NCBI GenBank assembly: GCA_012735505.1
Contig: JAAYHE010000012.1
Coordinates: forward strand, 13,829-77,828
DNA from: Bacillota bacterium
GTDB lineage: Bacteria > Bacillota > UBA994 > UBA5500
Direction of reading: 5' to 3'
DNA: 64,000 bases
The notes beneath the pieces are model-generated. The model did not search any database and was not told the DNA's origin. It was given only the letters and a program-made list of their open reading frames with translations. Within the stretch, counting starts at the first letter, position 1, and each line of letters starts with the position of its first letter. Both the position numbers and the translations under genes were made by a program. This document shows positions 1-12,469 of the stretch, piece by piece.

Positions 1-2229
<2,229 letters not shown>

Positions 2230-2594
2230 TTACACACCATCTTTCTATTGTATTTTTGGTGCAGTTGAGATTTAGATTCCGGTATAACTATAGCCTCTTG
2301 TGATTTAGGGACATACCGCAGTAGGAAGCACGTTGGGGGGACAGATATGCCCCTAGTTTATGGCTGGGAATCTGGGCTCAAACAAACTATAGTGAGTTTG
2401 CAACCCTAACTCGTAACCAACTGCACCCTACATGTATAATGTATACCTTAAAGCAAGTTCCTGTCCAGTCAAAATGAGTAAGTGATTAGTTCATTAGCTC
2501 TTTTCAAAGCCCTTGTTGCTAATATAACGCAAATTTTTGGCAGGTAAAGGCATACTACGGGCAGGTCATTGTCAGGCGAAAAGGAGGAAATGAC

Positions 2595-2810
2595 TTGATA
2601 CGGAGAATAAATGAATTGGCAAGAAAACAGCGTTCACCGTTAGGGTTATCAGAGGCAGAACAAGCAGAGCAGCATGCATTAAGGCAGGCATATTTGCAGG
2701 CTGTGCGGGCGTCACTGCGGGAGCAGCTTGCCGGACAAAAGGCAGGAAAACTACAGTCAATTTGCTCTTGTGGGACCTGTGGAGGGACCAATAAACATCA
2801 TAATAGATAG
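2595..2810 (+). CDS. DUF896/UPF0291 (YnzC-like) small protein
   Basis: TTG start after AAAAGGAGGAAA SD. MIRRINELARKQRSPLGLSEAEQAEQHALRQAYLQ matches the YnzC/DUF896 pattern (RINELAkKak...LTeeEk.EQq.LRqeYL). Confidence 0.6.
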   Translation: MIRRINELARKQRSPLGLSEAEQAEQHALRQAYLQAVRASLREQLAGQKAGKLQSICSCGTCGGTNKHHNR

Positions 2811-2821
2811 GAGGACTAGCT

Positions 2822-4063
2822 ATGCTAAAAATTAACTCTGACCGTTTCTTGCAGAGTTTGCGTGATCTCAGCACCATTGGAGCTACTCCAGAAGGTGGTG
2901 TAACTCGTTATGCACTCACTGATATCGATTGGCAGGCCCGCGAATGGTTGAAACAACAGGCGGCCTCGTATGGTTTTACTTCTCATCTGGATGCGGCGGG
3001 CAACCTATTCATTTATGACCCAGAGATAGATGTCGCCAGTCCTCCTGTCCTAGTTGGGTCTCATGTGGATACGGTGCCGAATGGGGGGCGCTATGACGGC
3101 GCTCTGGGAGTGTTGGCTGGCCTGGAAAGTTTAATTTCCCTTAAAGAAGCTGGCGCGCCTTTGGCAAGGCCAGTAAAGCTTGCTGTCTGGACAGAAGAGG
3201 AAGGCAGCCGCTTCCGTGGGGGATTGGTGGGCAGTCGTGCATTTATAGGGGAGGTGCCCGAGGTAGAACTAAATGACACTGATGCTCAAGGCGTAACACT
3301 AGCGGAAGCTTTGCGGCAATGGGGATTGCAGCCAGAAGAACTACCGCAAGTTGCTAGCAAGCCAGGGCAGGTTCATGCCTATGTAGAACTACATATAGAG
3401 CAAGGTGCTAAATTGGATTTCGCTAACGAGCAGATCGGTGTCGTTACCGGCATAGTGGGTATTAGACGTTATGATGTTGTGGTAATGGGCCAGGCTAATC
3501 ATGCAGGAACTACGCCCATGGATATGCGTCGAGATGCGTTAGTAGCTGCCGCCCAGATGATTTTGGCCGTCGAGCAAACTGTAAAGAAAAGCCAGTATAC
3601 TGAAGCGGTAGGCACAGTAGGCAGAATAAACGTGGAGCCAGGCGGCGTGAATGTGATTCCGGGGAAAGTCGAGTTTTCACTCGAGATTCGTGATTTAGAC
3701 ATAGCTGCTATGGACGCACTAAGCGAGCAAATTTTGCAGCAGTTACAAGAGATCGCCCTGGTCAGAGGAGTAGAGGTGAGCTTTGAACATACGGCTGAGG
3801 TCAAACCAGCTCCATTAGCGCCAGCGGTGCAGCAGATCATCAGTTCCGTCGCTGAAGATTTGGGCTATTCTTGGCGGCAGATGCCGAGTGGAGCCGGACA
3901 TGATGCACAACATTTAGCCCGCATTTGCCCAACTGGCATGATTTTTGTGCCTAGCGTCAAGGGTATTAGCCATTCTCCTCAAGAGTTTACGCCAGATGAA
4001 GATTGTGTGCGGGGAGCTAACGTTTTGCTAAACACGATTCTTCGTCTAGCAGGTTCTTTATAA
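2822..4063 (+). CDS. M20-family Zn amidohydrolase (allantoate amidohydrolase / N-carbamoyl-L-amino-acid hydrolase type)
   Basis: 413 aa with AGGAGG SD. The GSHVDTVPNGGRYDGALGV, TEEEGSRF and HSP motifs are typical of AllC/AmaB carbamoylases. Confidence 0.8.
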   Translation: MLKINSDRFLQSLRDLSTIGATPEGGVTRYALTDIDWQAREWLKQQAASYGFTSHLDAAGNLFIYDPEIDVASPPVLVGSHVDTVPNGGRYDGALGVLAGLESLISLKEAGAPLARPVKLAVWTEEEGSRFRGGLVGSRAFIGEVPEVELNDTDAQGVTLAEALRQWGLQPEELPQVASKPGQVHAYVELHIEQGAKLDFANEQIGVVTGIVGIRRYDVVVMGQANHAGTTPMDMRRDALVAAAQMILAVEQTVKKSQYTEAVGTVGRINVEPGGVNVIPGKVEFSLEIRDLDIAAMDALSEQILQQLQEIALVRGVEVSFEHTAEVKPAPLAPAVQQIISSVAEDLGYSWRQMPSGAGHDAQHLARICPTGMIFVPSVKGISHSPQEFTPDEDCVRGANVLLNTILRLAGSL

Positions 4064-4070
4064 TAGAAGA

Positions 4071-4104
4071 AAAGGGCTGCCGAATTCTCGGCAGCCCTTT
4101 TTTG
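4071..4104. terminator. Bidirectional rho-independent terminator between convergent genes
   Basis: AAAGGGCTGCCG-aattct-CGGCAGCCCTTTTTTG: a 12-bp GC-rich stem flanked by an A-run and a T-run. Confidence 0.8.
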
Positions 4105-4113
4105 TTAGCTAAC

Positions 4114-4926
4114 CTATGGTCTTGCCAAACTGATCATGCAGCGCAGGCCGCGGAAGGCTTCGATATAATCATCATGACTAAAGCTGACTGTGCTAGCATC
4201 GACCCGCACAGTGCCAGGCATCATGGAGGCCGCATCTGCCTGTCCAGACTGGATGAACTGGAGCGTAAAAGTGTAAGGGCCTTGGGGCAGATATAATTGA
4301 TAGCTGTCTAGATTCTGCAAAGCTCGCTGAGCGCTGGCTTCAATGAGCTGGCAAGCTTTAGCTGGATGTAGGGAGCGGGCCGAATAGCGAGTAATGGCCT
4401 GCTTGACAGCCACAGTTTCTACAGAACCTAGTGTGTCTTTTGCCTCTTGGCAGACCCGGTCGTCTCCGGTCACTAGGATTACTGGGGTACGATAGTAGCC
4501 GGCAATGGCAGCGTTGATAGCGGTTTCTCCTACGGGCTTTCCGTTTAAGTAGATGTTAGAGACGGTACCGCCGCTGATAGTGTGGCTGAGAATACCGGCT
4601 TGCTGCATGCGAGCATGGTAGCCAACGAAGAAAGCAGCGTCGAAGCCTGCGTCGATACCCTCCATCATCATTAAGGGCTTAGGTGAACCCTGGATAAGTT
4701 CGGCCGCCTCGTGTAACTCATGGGGAATGAGATTGGTCATACTGCCGTGAGAGTCATTAATGACAATTTCGGTAGCTCCTGCGGCCAGGGCCCCTTTAAC
4801 AGCTGCGTTAGCTTCTGCTGTCATCTGGCGGCGGGCTCGGTCATAATCCCTGCCAGAAGCGCTTGTGCTGGTACCGTTAACTACTGTGCAAACTCCCTCG
4901 ATATCTACGGAAATATAAACACGCAC
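4114..4926 (-). CDS. dppA: M55 D-aminopeptidase (DppA family)
   Basis: 270 aa with GTG start after AGAGAGGGG SD. MRVYISVDIEGVCTVV...VINDSHGSM...GYHARMQQ matches D-aminopeptidase DppA. Confidence 0.8.
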   Translation of the reverse strand: MRVYISVDIEGVCTVVNGTSTSASGRDYDRARRQMTAEANAAVKGALAAGATEIVINDSHGSMTNLIPHELHEAAELIQGSPKPLMMMEGIDAGFDAAFFVGYHARMQQAGILSHTISGGTVSNIYLNGKPVGETAINAAIAGYYRTPVILVTGDDRVCQEAKDTLGSVETVAVKQAITRYSARSLHPAKACQLIEASAQRALQNLDSYQLYLPQGPYTFTLQFIQSGQADAASMMPGTVRVDASTVSFSHDDYIEAFRGLRCMISLARP

Positions 4927-5219
4927 TTTTCGATCCCCTCTCTTAATAAAGTAGGTTCTAGTAAGTTATTGGCTATGCCTACGCCCAATCCTGCCTGCGA
5001 TAGAGAACCAGAAGCCTTTTCTGTGCGTCTAACATGCTACATAAGGTGCATTATTTGTCGAGATGCTGGCAGCCGACATCGGGATGCTAATTAATTACAA
5101 AAGGAGCGAGGTAGGAAGTATGCAAAATGTGTCGAAATAAGTAACCTGCCCGCTCATTTTTTGCGCCTTGTCCAACAGTTGGCTGCTGATAGATTGCTGC
5201 GGGGGAGAAAGGAGTCACC

Positions 5220-7529
5220 ATGAAGAAAGTTTGCAGCCTAATTGTTCTTCTTAGTCTATTGTTCACAGTGTTCGTTGACTTTGCTCACGCTGTACCGGTG
5301 GTACAGCTATTTCTTGACGGCGAACCGTTGCCCTCTGATGTGCCGCCCACCATCGTTAATGGTCGTACCTTAGTACCCTTGCGTGTTGTTGGCGAAGCCC
5401 TAGGTGCTGAAGTAGTTTGGCGGTCTAATTCTTTGCCGATTTTGGTAGCAAGGGGCAACGATAGGGTTGAGGTGCAGATAGGAAAACAGATAGCGCTAGT
5501 AAACGGGAAAGAGTTCAAGCTAGATGTAGCACCTCGCTTGATTAATGACCGGGCTATGGTGCCTTTCCGCTTTATTGGCGAAAGCTTAGGTGCTGGTGTT
5601 TATTACCAGTCTTCACCGCCGCGTGTATACATAACTTCTCCAACTGGCAAATTGGGACCGGCTGAGCTGGAGCAAACCGAATCTGGCATTACGGCTTTAT
5701 CTTTTCAAGCTTCGCGGGCCATGGATATTGCTTCCGTGGAGGTCAGCGAAGATGGCCAAGAGGTAACTGTTTTGGTAAACAATGTAGTGGCCGAGCCGGA
5801 AAGTCGAGAACTGTCTAGCGGGCAGCTTGTTGCCTACAGTGTTACGCCAGTAGGCAAGAATTCTACACAAATCAGGGTGCATCTCGGCGAGGGAGCGAAA
5901 TATCTACTACCTCAAGCTGCACTTAGTGCTGACCAATTAAGCTTAACTATTAGTTGGCCTCTGGGCCTGAAGGAGGCTTCTCTCACCCAGTCAGGTGGGA
6001 TCGAATTCTTGAGCTTTGCGTTGCCCGAATCGGTAAAACCAGAGGTTACTGATACCACCTTGGAAGTAGAGGAGGGGAGCAGTCTGCCAGGTTATACTAC
6101 TGAAGCTGTAGGCGTCAGGGTGCGGTCTGGCCCTAGTACTGACACTGAAAGAATAACTACGCTGCCCTTGAATACGCGTGTAGACGTTATAGGTGTAGTG
6201 ACGGGCTGGTATCAGGTACGCTTGAGCGATGGTACCGAAGGCTGGATAGCCGATTGGTTGCTGGCCGTGGAAACCGAGATAGAAGAGAAGGTAGGGGTAA
6301 ATGTTCGGAAAGGCCCTAGCACCAACTCAGCCCGGCTGACAACCCTCTATCCGGGTCACAAAATCCGTGTCCTCAGTCGCGAGGAAGGCTGGTGCTATGT
6401 GGAATATGGTGCCGGCAAGCAGGGTTATATTGCTGATTGGCTGGTGCCACTAGAGAGTCGATTAGTCGATTCATACATAGTGCCGGGTCTAACCATTTTC
6501 TTCCCCGGAGTAAGTCGTGCTGAGCAAGTTCAGATAAACCTTACCGAGTCTAATCATGTGGCCACAGCCAGCTGGAAAGAAGATGAAAGCGGTGCCACCC
6601 TGGCACTGCAGTTGAAGAAACCAATTAGCCATCGTCTAGCCTATACCGACCAAGGTTGGTGTTTGACTTTTGGTACATGGTTACAGCAATTTGATTTTGA
6701 GTCTTCTCAGCGGGGGCTAAAATTACATTTGGCTTTAGATGGTCCTAGCCAGCCTACAGCTAAATACACTGCAGCCGATGAAGCCATCATCGTCACTATC
6801 CCTGGCGCTGCTTTAGCCCCAGGCATAAAAACAAGCTTGCCTGGAGATGGGATTTTCGTTAGCGATATCAGGGCAGAACAGGCTGGCGGAGATGTGCGCC
6901 TCGTTGTTTCGTTAACCCGACCACTAGCCTACCACCTGCAAAAAAACGGAGAATCTACTTGGGACTTGGTTATCGCTTCGCCCTCCCTGGCAGGTAAAAT
7001 AGTGGCTATTGATCCGGGGCACGGCGCTACCGACCCTGGTGCCATGGGGACCTTGGGTTGGAATGAAAAGGACTATACCCATGACATCGCTTACCGGCTG
7101 CGTAGCCTTCTCGAACAAGCTGGCGCTAAGGCAGTGATGACGCGAGAAATCCATAGCAGCGCCATTCAGGGGCCAGCTAGGGCAGCTATTATCAACCAAG
7201 CGGGAGCTGACCTGTTTATCAGTATTCATATCAATTCATCTACCAATACAGCAGCTAGAGGCATCGAAACTTGGTATTACCCGCGGGGTGACAACGAGCG
7301 TTTTGCACGCTTGGTGCAAGACAGTCTAGTAGCCGAATTAGGGTGGCCCGATCGCGGTATCAAGCCGGGTAGATATATCATCGTCCGTGATGCCTTAACC
7401 ACGGGTGTTATGGCTGAAATCGGTTTTATTTCCAATCGTACGGACGAGGCCCTGTTATATCAAAGCGAGATTCGGCAGCGCATTGCACGAGCATTGTTTA
7501 CCGCAGCCGAAAGCTACTTCGAAAAATAG
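5220..7529 (+). CDS. Secreted cell-wall hydrolase: Cu-amine-oxidase-N-like repeats, two SH3b domains and a C-terminal N-acetylmuramoyl-L-alanine amidase (Amidase_3)
   Basis: Signal peptide MKKVCSLIVLLSLLFTVFVDFAHA. Repeats VNGRTLVPLRVVGEALGAEV and NDRAMVPFRFIGESLGAGV. Two SH3b-like segments (VRVRSGPS...GWYQV, VNVRKGPS...GWCYV). C-terminus IVAIDPGHGATDPGA...EKDYTHDIAYRL is an Amidase_3 catalytic domain. Confidence 0.85.
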   Translation: MKKVCSLIVLLSLLFTVFVDFAHAVPVVQLFLDGEPLPSDVPPTIVNGRTLVPLRVVGEALGAEVVWRSNSLPILVARGNDRVEVQIGKQIALVNGKEFKLDVAPRLINDRAMVPFRFIGESLGAGVYYQSSPPRVYITSPTGKLGPAELEQTESGITALSFQASRAMDIASVEVSEDGQEVTVLVNNVVAEPESRELSSGQLVAYSVTPVGKNSTQIRVHLGEGAKYLLPQAALSADQLSLTISWPLGLKEASLTQSGGIEFLSFALPESVKPEVTDTTLEVEEGSSLPGYTTEAVGVRVRSGPSTDTERITTLPLNTRVDVIGVVTGWYQVRLSDGTEGWIADWLLAVETEIEEKVGVNVRKGPSTNSARLTTLYPGHKIRVLSREEGWCYVEYGAGKQGYIADWLVPLESRLVDSYIVPGLTIFFPGVSRAEQVQINLTESNHVATASWKEDESGATLALQLKKPISHRLAYTDQGWCLTFGTWLQQFDFESSQRGLKLHLALDGPSQPTAKYTAADEAIIVTIPGAALAPGIKTSLPGDGIFVSDIRAEQAGGDVRLVVSLTRPLAYHLQKNGESTWDLVIASPSLAGKIVAIDPGHGATDPGAMGTLGWNEKDYTHDIAYRLRSLLEQAGAKAVMTREIHSSAIQGPARAAIINQAGADLFISIHINSSTNTAARGIETWYYPRGDNERFARLVQDSLVAELGWPDRGIKPGRYIIVRDALTTGVMAEIGFISNRTDEALLYQSEIRQRIARALFTAAESYFEK

Positions 7530-7696
7530 TAGCAGGGCCAAACCCCTGTTCTGGCGGACATGAAAATTCCTTGACGCAACCTTCCTGAGTCTGGTAACAT
7601 GAAGGTGTAAGGATAAAGACTGAAATTTGAGCATTTTGTTTGTGATTTATTTGTCGTATTGTTATTTTGTTAGACCAGCTAGATGGGGGGCCAAAG

Positions 7697-8152
7697 ATGT
7701 CTCAGTCACAAGAGGTTTTTGATCAACGGATTGTGGCCTTGGACCGTTTAATTCGCCATGCCAATAAGATTATTCGCAGGCGGGGACGCGATATTCTCCA
7801 AGAATTTGATATAACGCCGCCTCAATTTGATGCCCTGCTCATTTTGAATGCAGGAGGCAACCTGACGATAGGCGAATTAGGTGAACGTATGTATCTTGCG
7901 TGTAGCACGGCTACTGACTTGGCTGATCGCATGGAGAGGAATGAGTTGGTCGAAAGAGTACGCGACACCAATGATCGGCGTGTCATTAGGTTAAATGTTT
8001 TACCTAAGGGGCGTCAGATGCTCAAAGAAGTGCTAGCTGCTCGTAAGCGGTATTTAGCTGAGGTACTGCAAGATGTTCCGCCGGAGGATATTGAAGCTAT
8101 GATCAAGAGCATGACTCAATTGGAACAGCTCTTACGAGCTAAGCGCGGTTAA
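7697..8152 (+). CDS. MarR-family transcriptional regulator
   Basis: wHTH region LTIGELGERMYLACSTATDLADRMERNELVERVRDTNDRRVIRLNVLPKG is MarR-like. ATG at 7697 follows a GGGGGG SD. Upstream σA-like promoter TTGACG-N18-TAACAT. Positional equivalent of B. subtilis ysmB next to racE. Confidence 0.8.
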   Translation: MSQSQEVFDQRIVALDRLIRHANKIIRRRGRDILQEFDITPPQFDALLILNAGGNLTIGELGERMYLACSTATDLADRMERNELVERVRDTNDRRVIRLNVLPKGRQMLKEVLAARKRYLAEVLQDVPPEDIEAMIKSMTQLEQLLRAKRG

Positions 8153-8168
8153 TTTCATGTTTTCCTTC

Positions 8169-8196
8169 AACAGGCTGCAGCAGCCTGTTTTTTCTT
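8169..8196 (+). terminator. Rho-independent terminator after marR
   Basis: AACAGGCTG-cagc-AGCCTGTT followed by TTTTCTTTG. Confidence 0.7.
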
Positions 8197-8304
8197 TGTC
8201 TTGCTATCCTTCCTTCTAGTACTCTTACTCTACCAGACAAGTTACCTTGAACTAATGGGTAGCATATGGTGGGAACAGAGTGCTAGATAAGAGGGTGATC
8301 TTCC

Positions 8305-9126
8305 ATGTCCTGTCGACCAATCGGGCTGTTTGATTCAGGGGTCGGGGGTTTGAGTGTGCTGCGCGAGCTGTCGCGCCAACTGCCGCAAGAGAACGTGATC
8401 TACTTTGCTGATACTTTCCACATGCCTTATGGTCCTCGTTCTGCGGTCGAACTACAGAAGTTAGTATATGCAATTTTACATTTCTTGCAGGAATACAATG
8501 TTAAATTGGTGATCATGGCCTGTAATACGTCGTCTGCTTTAGTGCTCGAATCTGCTAGGCAAGAATTTCCTTTTCCCTTGGTGGGGATGATCCAACCGAT
8601 AGCCAAGTCGCTAGCTGCTAGCAGCATCCGCCGTTTAGGTGTCTTGGCAACAGAGGCCACAGTTCGCAGCGACAAATATGCACAGGAGTTTAGGCAGGCT
8701 GGTTTCACAGGCGAAGTATACAGTTGTGCTTGTCCGGCGCTGGCTTCTCTAGTGGAGGAGGGGGCAGGCCTAGACCACTTAGAGGGTGTTCTGACCGAGT
8801 GTGTAGCACCGCTTAGACAAGCTCAGGTTGAAAGCGTAGTGTTAGGTTGTACCCATTATCCCTTTGTGGCAGAGAGTATTAACAGAGTTTTGGGAGGGTG
8901 CATTCCTTTGCTCAATCCAGCCAGTTACGCGGTGGCCCAAGCTAAGTCCCTGCTCACAGCAAGACACTTGCTCCGCTCTGCTACTTCTGCCCCGCGAGAG
9001 ACTCTGTTCGTCAGTGGTGATATTTTGACATTTGAGCGGCGGGCGGGTCAGCTGCTCGGGCGTCAAATTGTGGCTACACAGGTCGGCTTCTCCCGCCAAG
9101 AAGGATATTTCACGCATATTTATTAG
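8305..9126 (+). CDS. murI: Glutamate racemase
   Basis: LFDSGVGGLSV, MACNTSSA and GCTHYP motifs; 273 aa. Confidence 0.92.
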   Translation: MSCRPIGLFDSGVGGLSVLRELSRQLPQENVIYFADTFHMPYGPRSAVELQKLVYAILHFLQEYNVKLVIMACNTSSALVLESARQEFPFPLVGMIQPIAKSLAASSIRRLGVLATEATVRSDKYAQEFRQAGFTGEVYSCACPALASLVEEGAGLDHLEGVLTECVAPLRQAQVESVVLGCTHYPFVAESINRVLGGCIPLLNPASYAVAQAKSLLTARHLLRSATSAPRETLFVSGDILTFERRAGQLLGRQIVATQVGFSRQEGYFTHIY

Positions 9127-9221
9127 CCTTCTCTTCCTCCTTTTACTGGCATGCGGGTTCTAGTACAGGCATAAGCTGTACCAACAGACACGTTAGGCTA
9201 TGCCAGATAAGGAGGTTTTTC

Positions 9222-10271
9222 ATGCTTACTAAAAGAAAAATATTGGTGTTTTTACTTGTACTAGTGCTGATGCTTCCAGGGTGCTCTTTGTTCTGGCCAG
9301 CAGCGGATCAGCCGCCCGTGGAGCCCATTACGCCTAACGAACAGAGGCATGGGTCTTTTATGCCCACAGTAATACCGGTTTCTGGCGAAGATGCGGGCCT
9401 GCGAACGGTATATCTGCTTGATCATTCCAGCCGCTACTTAGTACCTTATGTTTTGAGCGTGAGAAAAACAGAAGGTATTGCCCGGGAAGTGCTTAAGCAT
9501 TTGGTTGCTAATCCGGACAATGAAGCAGCTTTGCACGGCACTGAGTTTTTGCCGCCGCTCCCGACAGCAACTACAATCTTAGGCATGACCATCCGCGATC
9601 AACTGGCAATAGTAGACTTCAGCAGTGATTTCCTAGCTTTTAGAGATGCTAACCATGAGCGTTTGGCTATTGATGCTGTGGTCTATACTCTGACCGAGTT
9701 TGATACGGTGGATAGGGTAGAATTGAGGGTTGAGGGGCACCCCCTGACTACGCTGCCAAGCGGTCTACCCTTGCCTAGCCCTTGTTCCCGCGCCGACCGC
9801 CCGTTAAATTTTGAGGTGTCACCTGCAGTTACCGACTTAGCGACTGGGACTAAGGTCCGTCTTTATTTCAGCGCTGTCGGCCCAGCTGGTGGTCTGATTT
9901 ATTTTGTGCCAGTTACACGTCAAATTCCTGTACAGAATGATCATTTAGCAGCGGCTATTTTAGAGCTTATTCAAGGACCATTGCCTGCCAGTGGCTTATA
10001 TGCAGATATACCTGCTAATACAGAATTGCGTAGTGTAAAACTGATCGGCGATGTAGCGCATGTTGATTTTTCTGCGAGTTTGACCGACTATGGTGGCGGC
10101 ACTGCTGCCGAAAATGCTATGCTCGGGGCTCTTGTTCTTACTCTTACCGATATTCCAGGAGTGAACCGGGTTAAAATAACCATAAATGGTCAAACGCCGA
10201 TTCTGCCCGAAGGAACAGATGTCAGTCAGCCGGTTTTGCGGCCTCTGTTTGTCAATCCCTTTATCTTGTGA
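9222..10271 (+). CDS. gerM: GerM-domain lipoprotein (sporulation/germination)
   Basis: Lipoprotein signal MLTKRKILVFLLVLVLMLPGCS and two GerM-like repeats. Sits in the conserved racE–(marR)–gerM–rph–rdgB neighbourhood as in B. subtilis. Confidence 0.75.
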   Translation: MLTKRKILVFLLVLVLMLPGCSLFWPAADQPPVEPITPNEQRHGSFMPTVIPVSGEDAGLRTVYLLDHSSRYLVPYVLSVRKTEGIAREVLKHLVANPDNEAALHGTEFLPPLPTATTILGMTIRDQLAIVDFSSDFLAFRDANHERLAIDAVVYTLTEFDTVDRVELRVEGHPLTTLPSGLPLPSPCSRADRPLNFEVSPAVTDLATGTKVRLYFSAVGPAGGLIYFVPVTRQIPVQNDHLAAAILELIQGPLPASGLYADIPANTELRSVKLIGDVAHVDFSASLTDYGGGTAAENAMLGALVLTLTDIPGVNRVKITINGQTPILPEGTDVSQPVLRPLFVNPFIL

Positions 10272-10325
10272 GAAGGGAACACATGCTTAGCCGTTGTCGG
10301 CTAATACTAGGTAGTGTAGAATAAA

Positions 10326-10353
10326 TTAACAGGTCGGCATGCCGACCTGTTAA
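10326..10353. repeat. Perfect 28-nt palindrome (hairpin; candidate terminator/operator) in the gerM–rph intergenic region
   Basis: TTAACAGGTCGGCATGCCGACCTGTTAA equals its own reverse complement. A smaller hairpin TTAGCCG-ttgt-CGGCTAA lies at 10287-10304. Confidence 0.6.
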
Positions 10354-10396
10354 AATTAGTTTGTTTCTGGACAAGCTGCTAAGGGGGGTAGGTGGA

Positions 10397-11170
10397 ATGT
10401 TGCCACGATCAGACGGAAGGCAAGCGCAGGAGTTACGTCCTATACATATTACCCGTAACTTTATTAAGCATGCGGAAGGCTCGGTTTTGATTGAGATTGG
10501 GGATACCAAGGTCATTTGTACCGTCACTGTAGAAGAACGTGTGCCACCCTTCTTACGTAATACAGGAACGGGGTGGATAACAGCCGAGTATAGTATGTTG
10601 CCCCGCGCCACTGCTACTAGGAACCTGCGGGAGTCTGCAAAAGGGCGTATCGGTGGCCGCACGCATGAAATTCAGCGCCTGATTGGCAGGGCTTTAAGGT
10701 CGGTGGTGGACCTCAGCGCCTTAGGCGAGCGCACGCTGTGGTTAGACTGCGATGTCATCCAGGCCGACGGTGGCACGCGCACCACCAGTATTACGGGCGC
10801 TTTTGTGGCTATGTGCGACGCGTTACACCATTTAGTGGCAGAAAATTTGCTGCCGCGATTACCGGTAAAAGACTTTTTGGCGGCCACTAGTGTTGGCTTG
10901 AAGGATGGGATAGCCCTGCTAGATCTCAACTATGAAGAGGACTCGATGATAGATGTAGATATGAACGTAGTGATGACTGGTGCGGGAAAACTGGTAGAAG
11001 TACAGGGCACCGGTGAGGAAGCAACCTTTTCTAGGCAAGAGCTAAACGATTTGCTGGATTTGGCTGGGGTCGGTATCTATCGTCTTATTGAGGAGCAGCG
11101 ACGCGTACTCGGTCCGGTGGCAGCTCTCATTGGAGTTTGTGATGAGACAGATAATCATAGCCAGCCGTAA
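10397..11170 (+). CDS. rph: Ribonuclease PH
   Basis: [43 protein letters not shown]...[15 protein letters not shown] is canonical RNase PH. ATG at 10397 follows an AGGGGGGTAGG SD. Confidence 0.93.
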   Translation: MLPRSDGRQAQELRPIHITRNFIKHAEGSVLIEIGDTKVICTVTVEERVPPFLRNTGTGWITAEYSMLPRATATRNLRESAKGRIGGRTHEIQRLIGRALRSVVDLSALGERTLWLDCDVIQADGGTRTTSITGAFVAMCDALHHLVAENLLPRLPVKDFLAATSVGLKDGIALLDLNYEEDSMIDVDMNVVMTGAGKLVEVQGTGEEATFSRQELNDLLDLAGVGIYRLIEEQRRVLGPVAALIGVCDETDNHSQP

Positions 11171-11741
11171 TCAAGGCAAGATCGAAGAATTTAAAGAGTT
11201 ACTGACCCCATTAGGAATAACGGTTCTGTCACTGTTGGACCTAGCCGATCCGCCTGATATAGTCGAAGCAGGCGAAACTTTCTATGAGAATGCTAAATTG
11301 AAAGCGGAAGCTGTTTGTGCTGCCACCGGACTGCCTACGCTAGCAGATGACTCGGGTCTAGTTGTGCACTATTTGGGCGGGGCTCCAGGCGTACATTCGG
11401 CGCGCTTTGCGTATCCGGAAGAGGGGGATGCAGCCAACAACGCAAAGTTATTGGCGGTGTTGCAGGGTGTGCCCGCTTATAAGCGACAGGCTCATTTCGT
11501 TTCGGTCCTAGCTTGGGCTCGACCACAACAAGCCACCCGCTTTACGACGGGTCGTTGCTTTGGGCGCATTTTAGATGCGCCCCGGGGTGAGCATGGCTTT
11601 GGGTACGACCCCTTGTTCTATATTCCCGAACTACAACAAACCATGGCTGAAATAGATATCAGGGTTAAGAACCAGGTCAGTCACAGAGCGAAGGCTATGC
11701 AGCATATGTTAGTATTGCTACGAGAGGAATATAGCAGGTAA
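11142..11741 (+). CDS. rdgB: Non-canonical purine NTP pyrophosphatase (RdgB/HAM1)
   Basis: [17 protein letters not shown]...FGYDPLF is Ham1/RdgB. The start overlaps the end of rph. Confidence 0.9.
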   Translation: MRQIIIASRNQGKIEEFKELLTPLGITVLSLLDLADPPDIVEAGETFYENAKLKAEAVCAATGLPTLADDSGLVVHYLGGAPGVHSARFAYPEEGDAANNAKLLAVLQGVPAYKRQAHFVSVLAWARPQQATRFTTGRCFGRILDAPRGEHGFGYDPLFYIPELQQTMAEIDIRVKNQVSHRAKAMQHMLVLLREEYSR

Positions 11742-11755
11742 TAATTAACTGGGTC

Positions 11756-11785
11756 TTGCTTCATCCCTTAGCAGTAAGTTATAAT
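11756..11785 (+). promoter_or_regulatory. σA-type promoter for the tRNA cluster
   Basis: TTGCTT-N17/18-TATAAT immediately upstream of tRNA-Arg. Confidence 0.55.
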
Positions 11786-11802
11786 GATTAGCGTACTAAT
11801 GT

Positions 11803-11879
<77 letters not shown>

Positions 11880-11973
11880 TTTTTTATGATTGATTTTGGC
11901 GTATCCCAGTGGGTTCCTGATTATCCCTCTTGCTTTAGGCCATGCGGTATGCTAAAATGTTTCTTGCGTATGT

Positions 11974-12051
11974 GGTGGGTGTAGCTCAGTTGGTTAGAGC
12001 ACCAGATTGTGGCTCTGGGGGTCGTGGGTTCGAGTCCCATCATCCACCCCA
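11974..12051 (+). tRNA. tRNA-His (anticodon GTG) with encoded G-1
   Basis: Acceptor GTGGGTG/CATCCAC, anticodon loop TTGTGGC, extra 5' G pairing with discriminator C, CCA encoded. An internal TTGCTT-N17-TAAAAT promoter lies upstream. Confidence 0.88.
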
Positions 12052-12096
12052 ATAGCTGTTTTACGCAGGTAGCCCTGCGTTTTCTTATTCATGCAA

Positions 12097-12173
<77 letters not shown>

Positions 12174-12216
12174 GTTTTTTTGTCAGTTTTCTTGTCTTAT
12201 TAGATTTAGGCCCATT

Positions 12217-12293
12217 GCGCCCGTAGCTCAGCTGGATAGAGTAACGGACTACGAATCCGGTGGTCGCAGGTTCGAATCCTGCCGGGCGCGCCA
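12217..12293 (+). tRNA. tRNA-Arg (anticodon ACG)
   Basis: GCGCCCG acceptor, anticodon loop CTACGAA. Near-identical backbone to the TCG copy, including the shared A27·G43 mismatch. Confidence 0.88.
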
Positions 12294-12352
12294 TGTTTTT
12301 TGTGAAAGACTGTTGACTTCTCCAAATACATAGCATAAAATAAAATTTGCCT

Positions 12353-12427
12353 GCGGAAGTAGCTCAGTGGTAGAGCATCGCCTTGCCAAGGCGAGGGTCG
12401 CGAGTTCGAATCTCGTCTTCCGCTCCA
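12353..12427 (+). tRNA. tRNA-Gly (anticodon GCC)
   Basis: Acceptor GCGGAAG/CTTCCGC, anticodon loop TTGCCAA. Own TTGACT-N17-TAAAAT promoter upstream. Confidence 0.88.
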
Positions 12428-12441
12428 CAACACAGTATGTT

Positions 12442-12469
12442 AAGCTTGCCTTAGTGGCAAGCTTTTTAT
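12442..12469 (+). terminator. Terminator after tRNA cluster
   Basis: AAGCTTGC-cttagtg-GCAAGCTT followed by TTTT. Confidence 0.7.

Noticed and set aside
5120-5140. 6-codon uORF (MQNVSK) with an AGGAGC SD in the 290-bp leader of the cell-wall amidase gene
   Set aside because: It is too short to assess, with no obvious downstream attenuator or anti-terminator structure. Noted only as a possibility.
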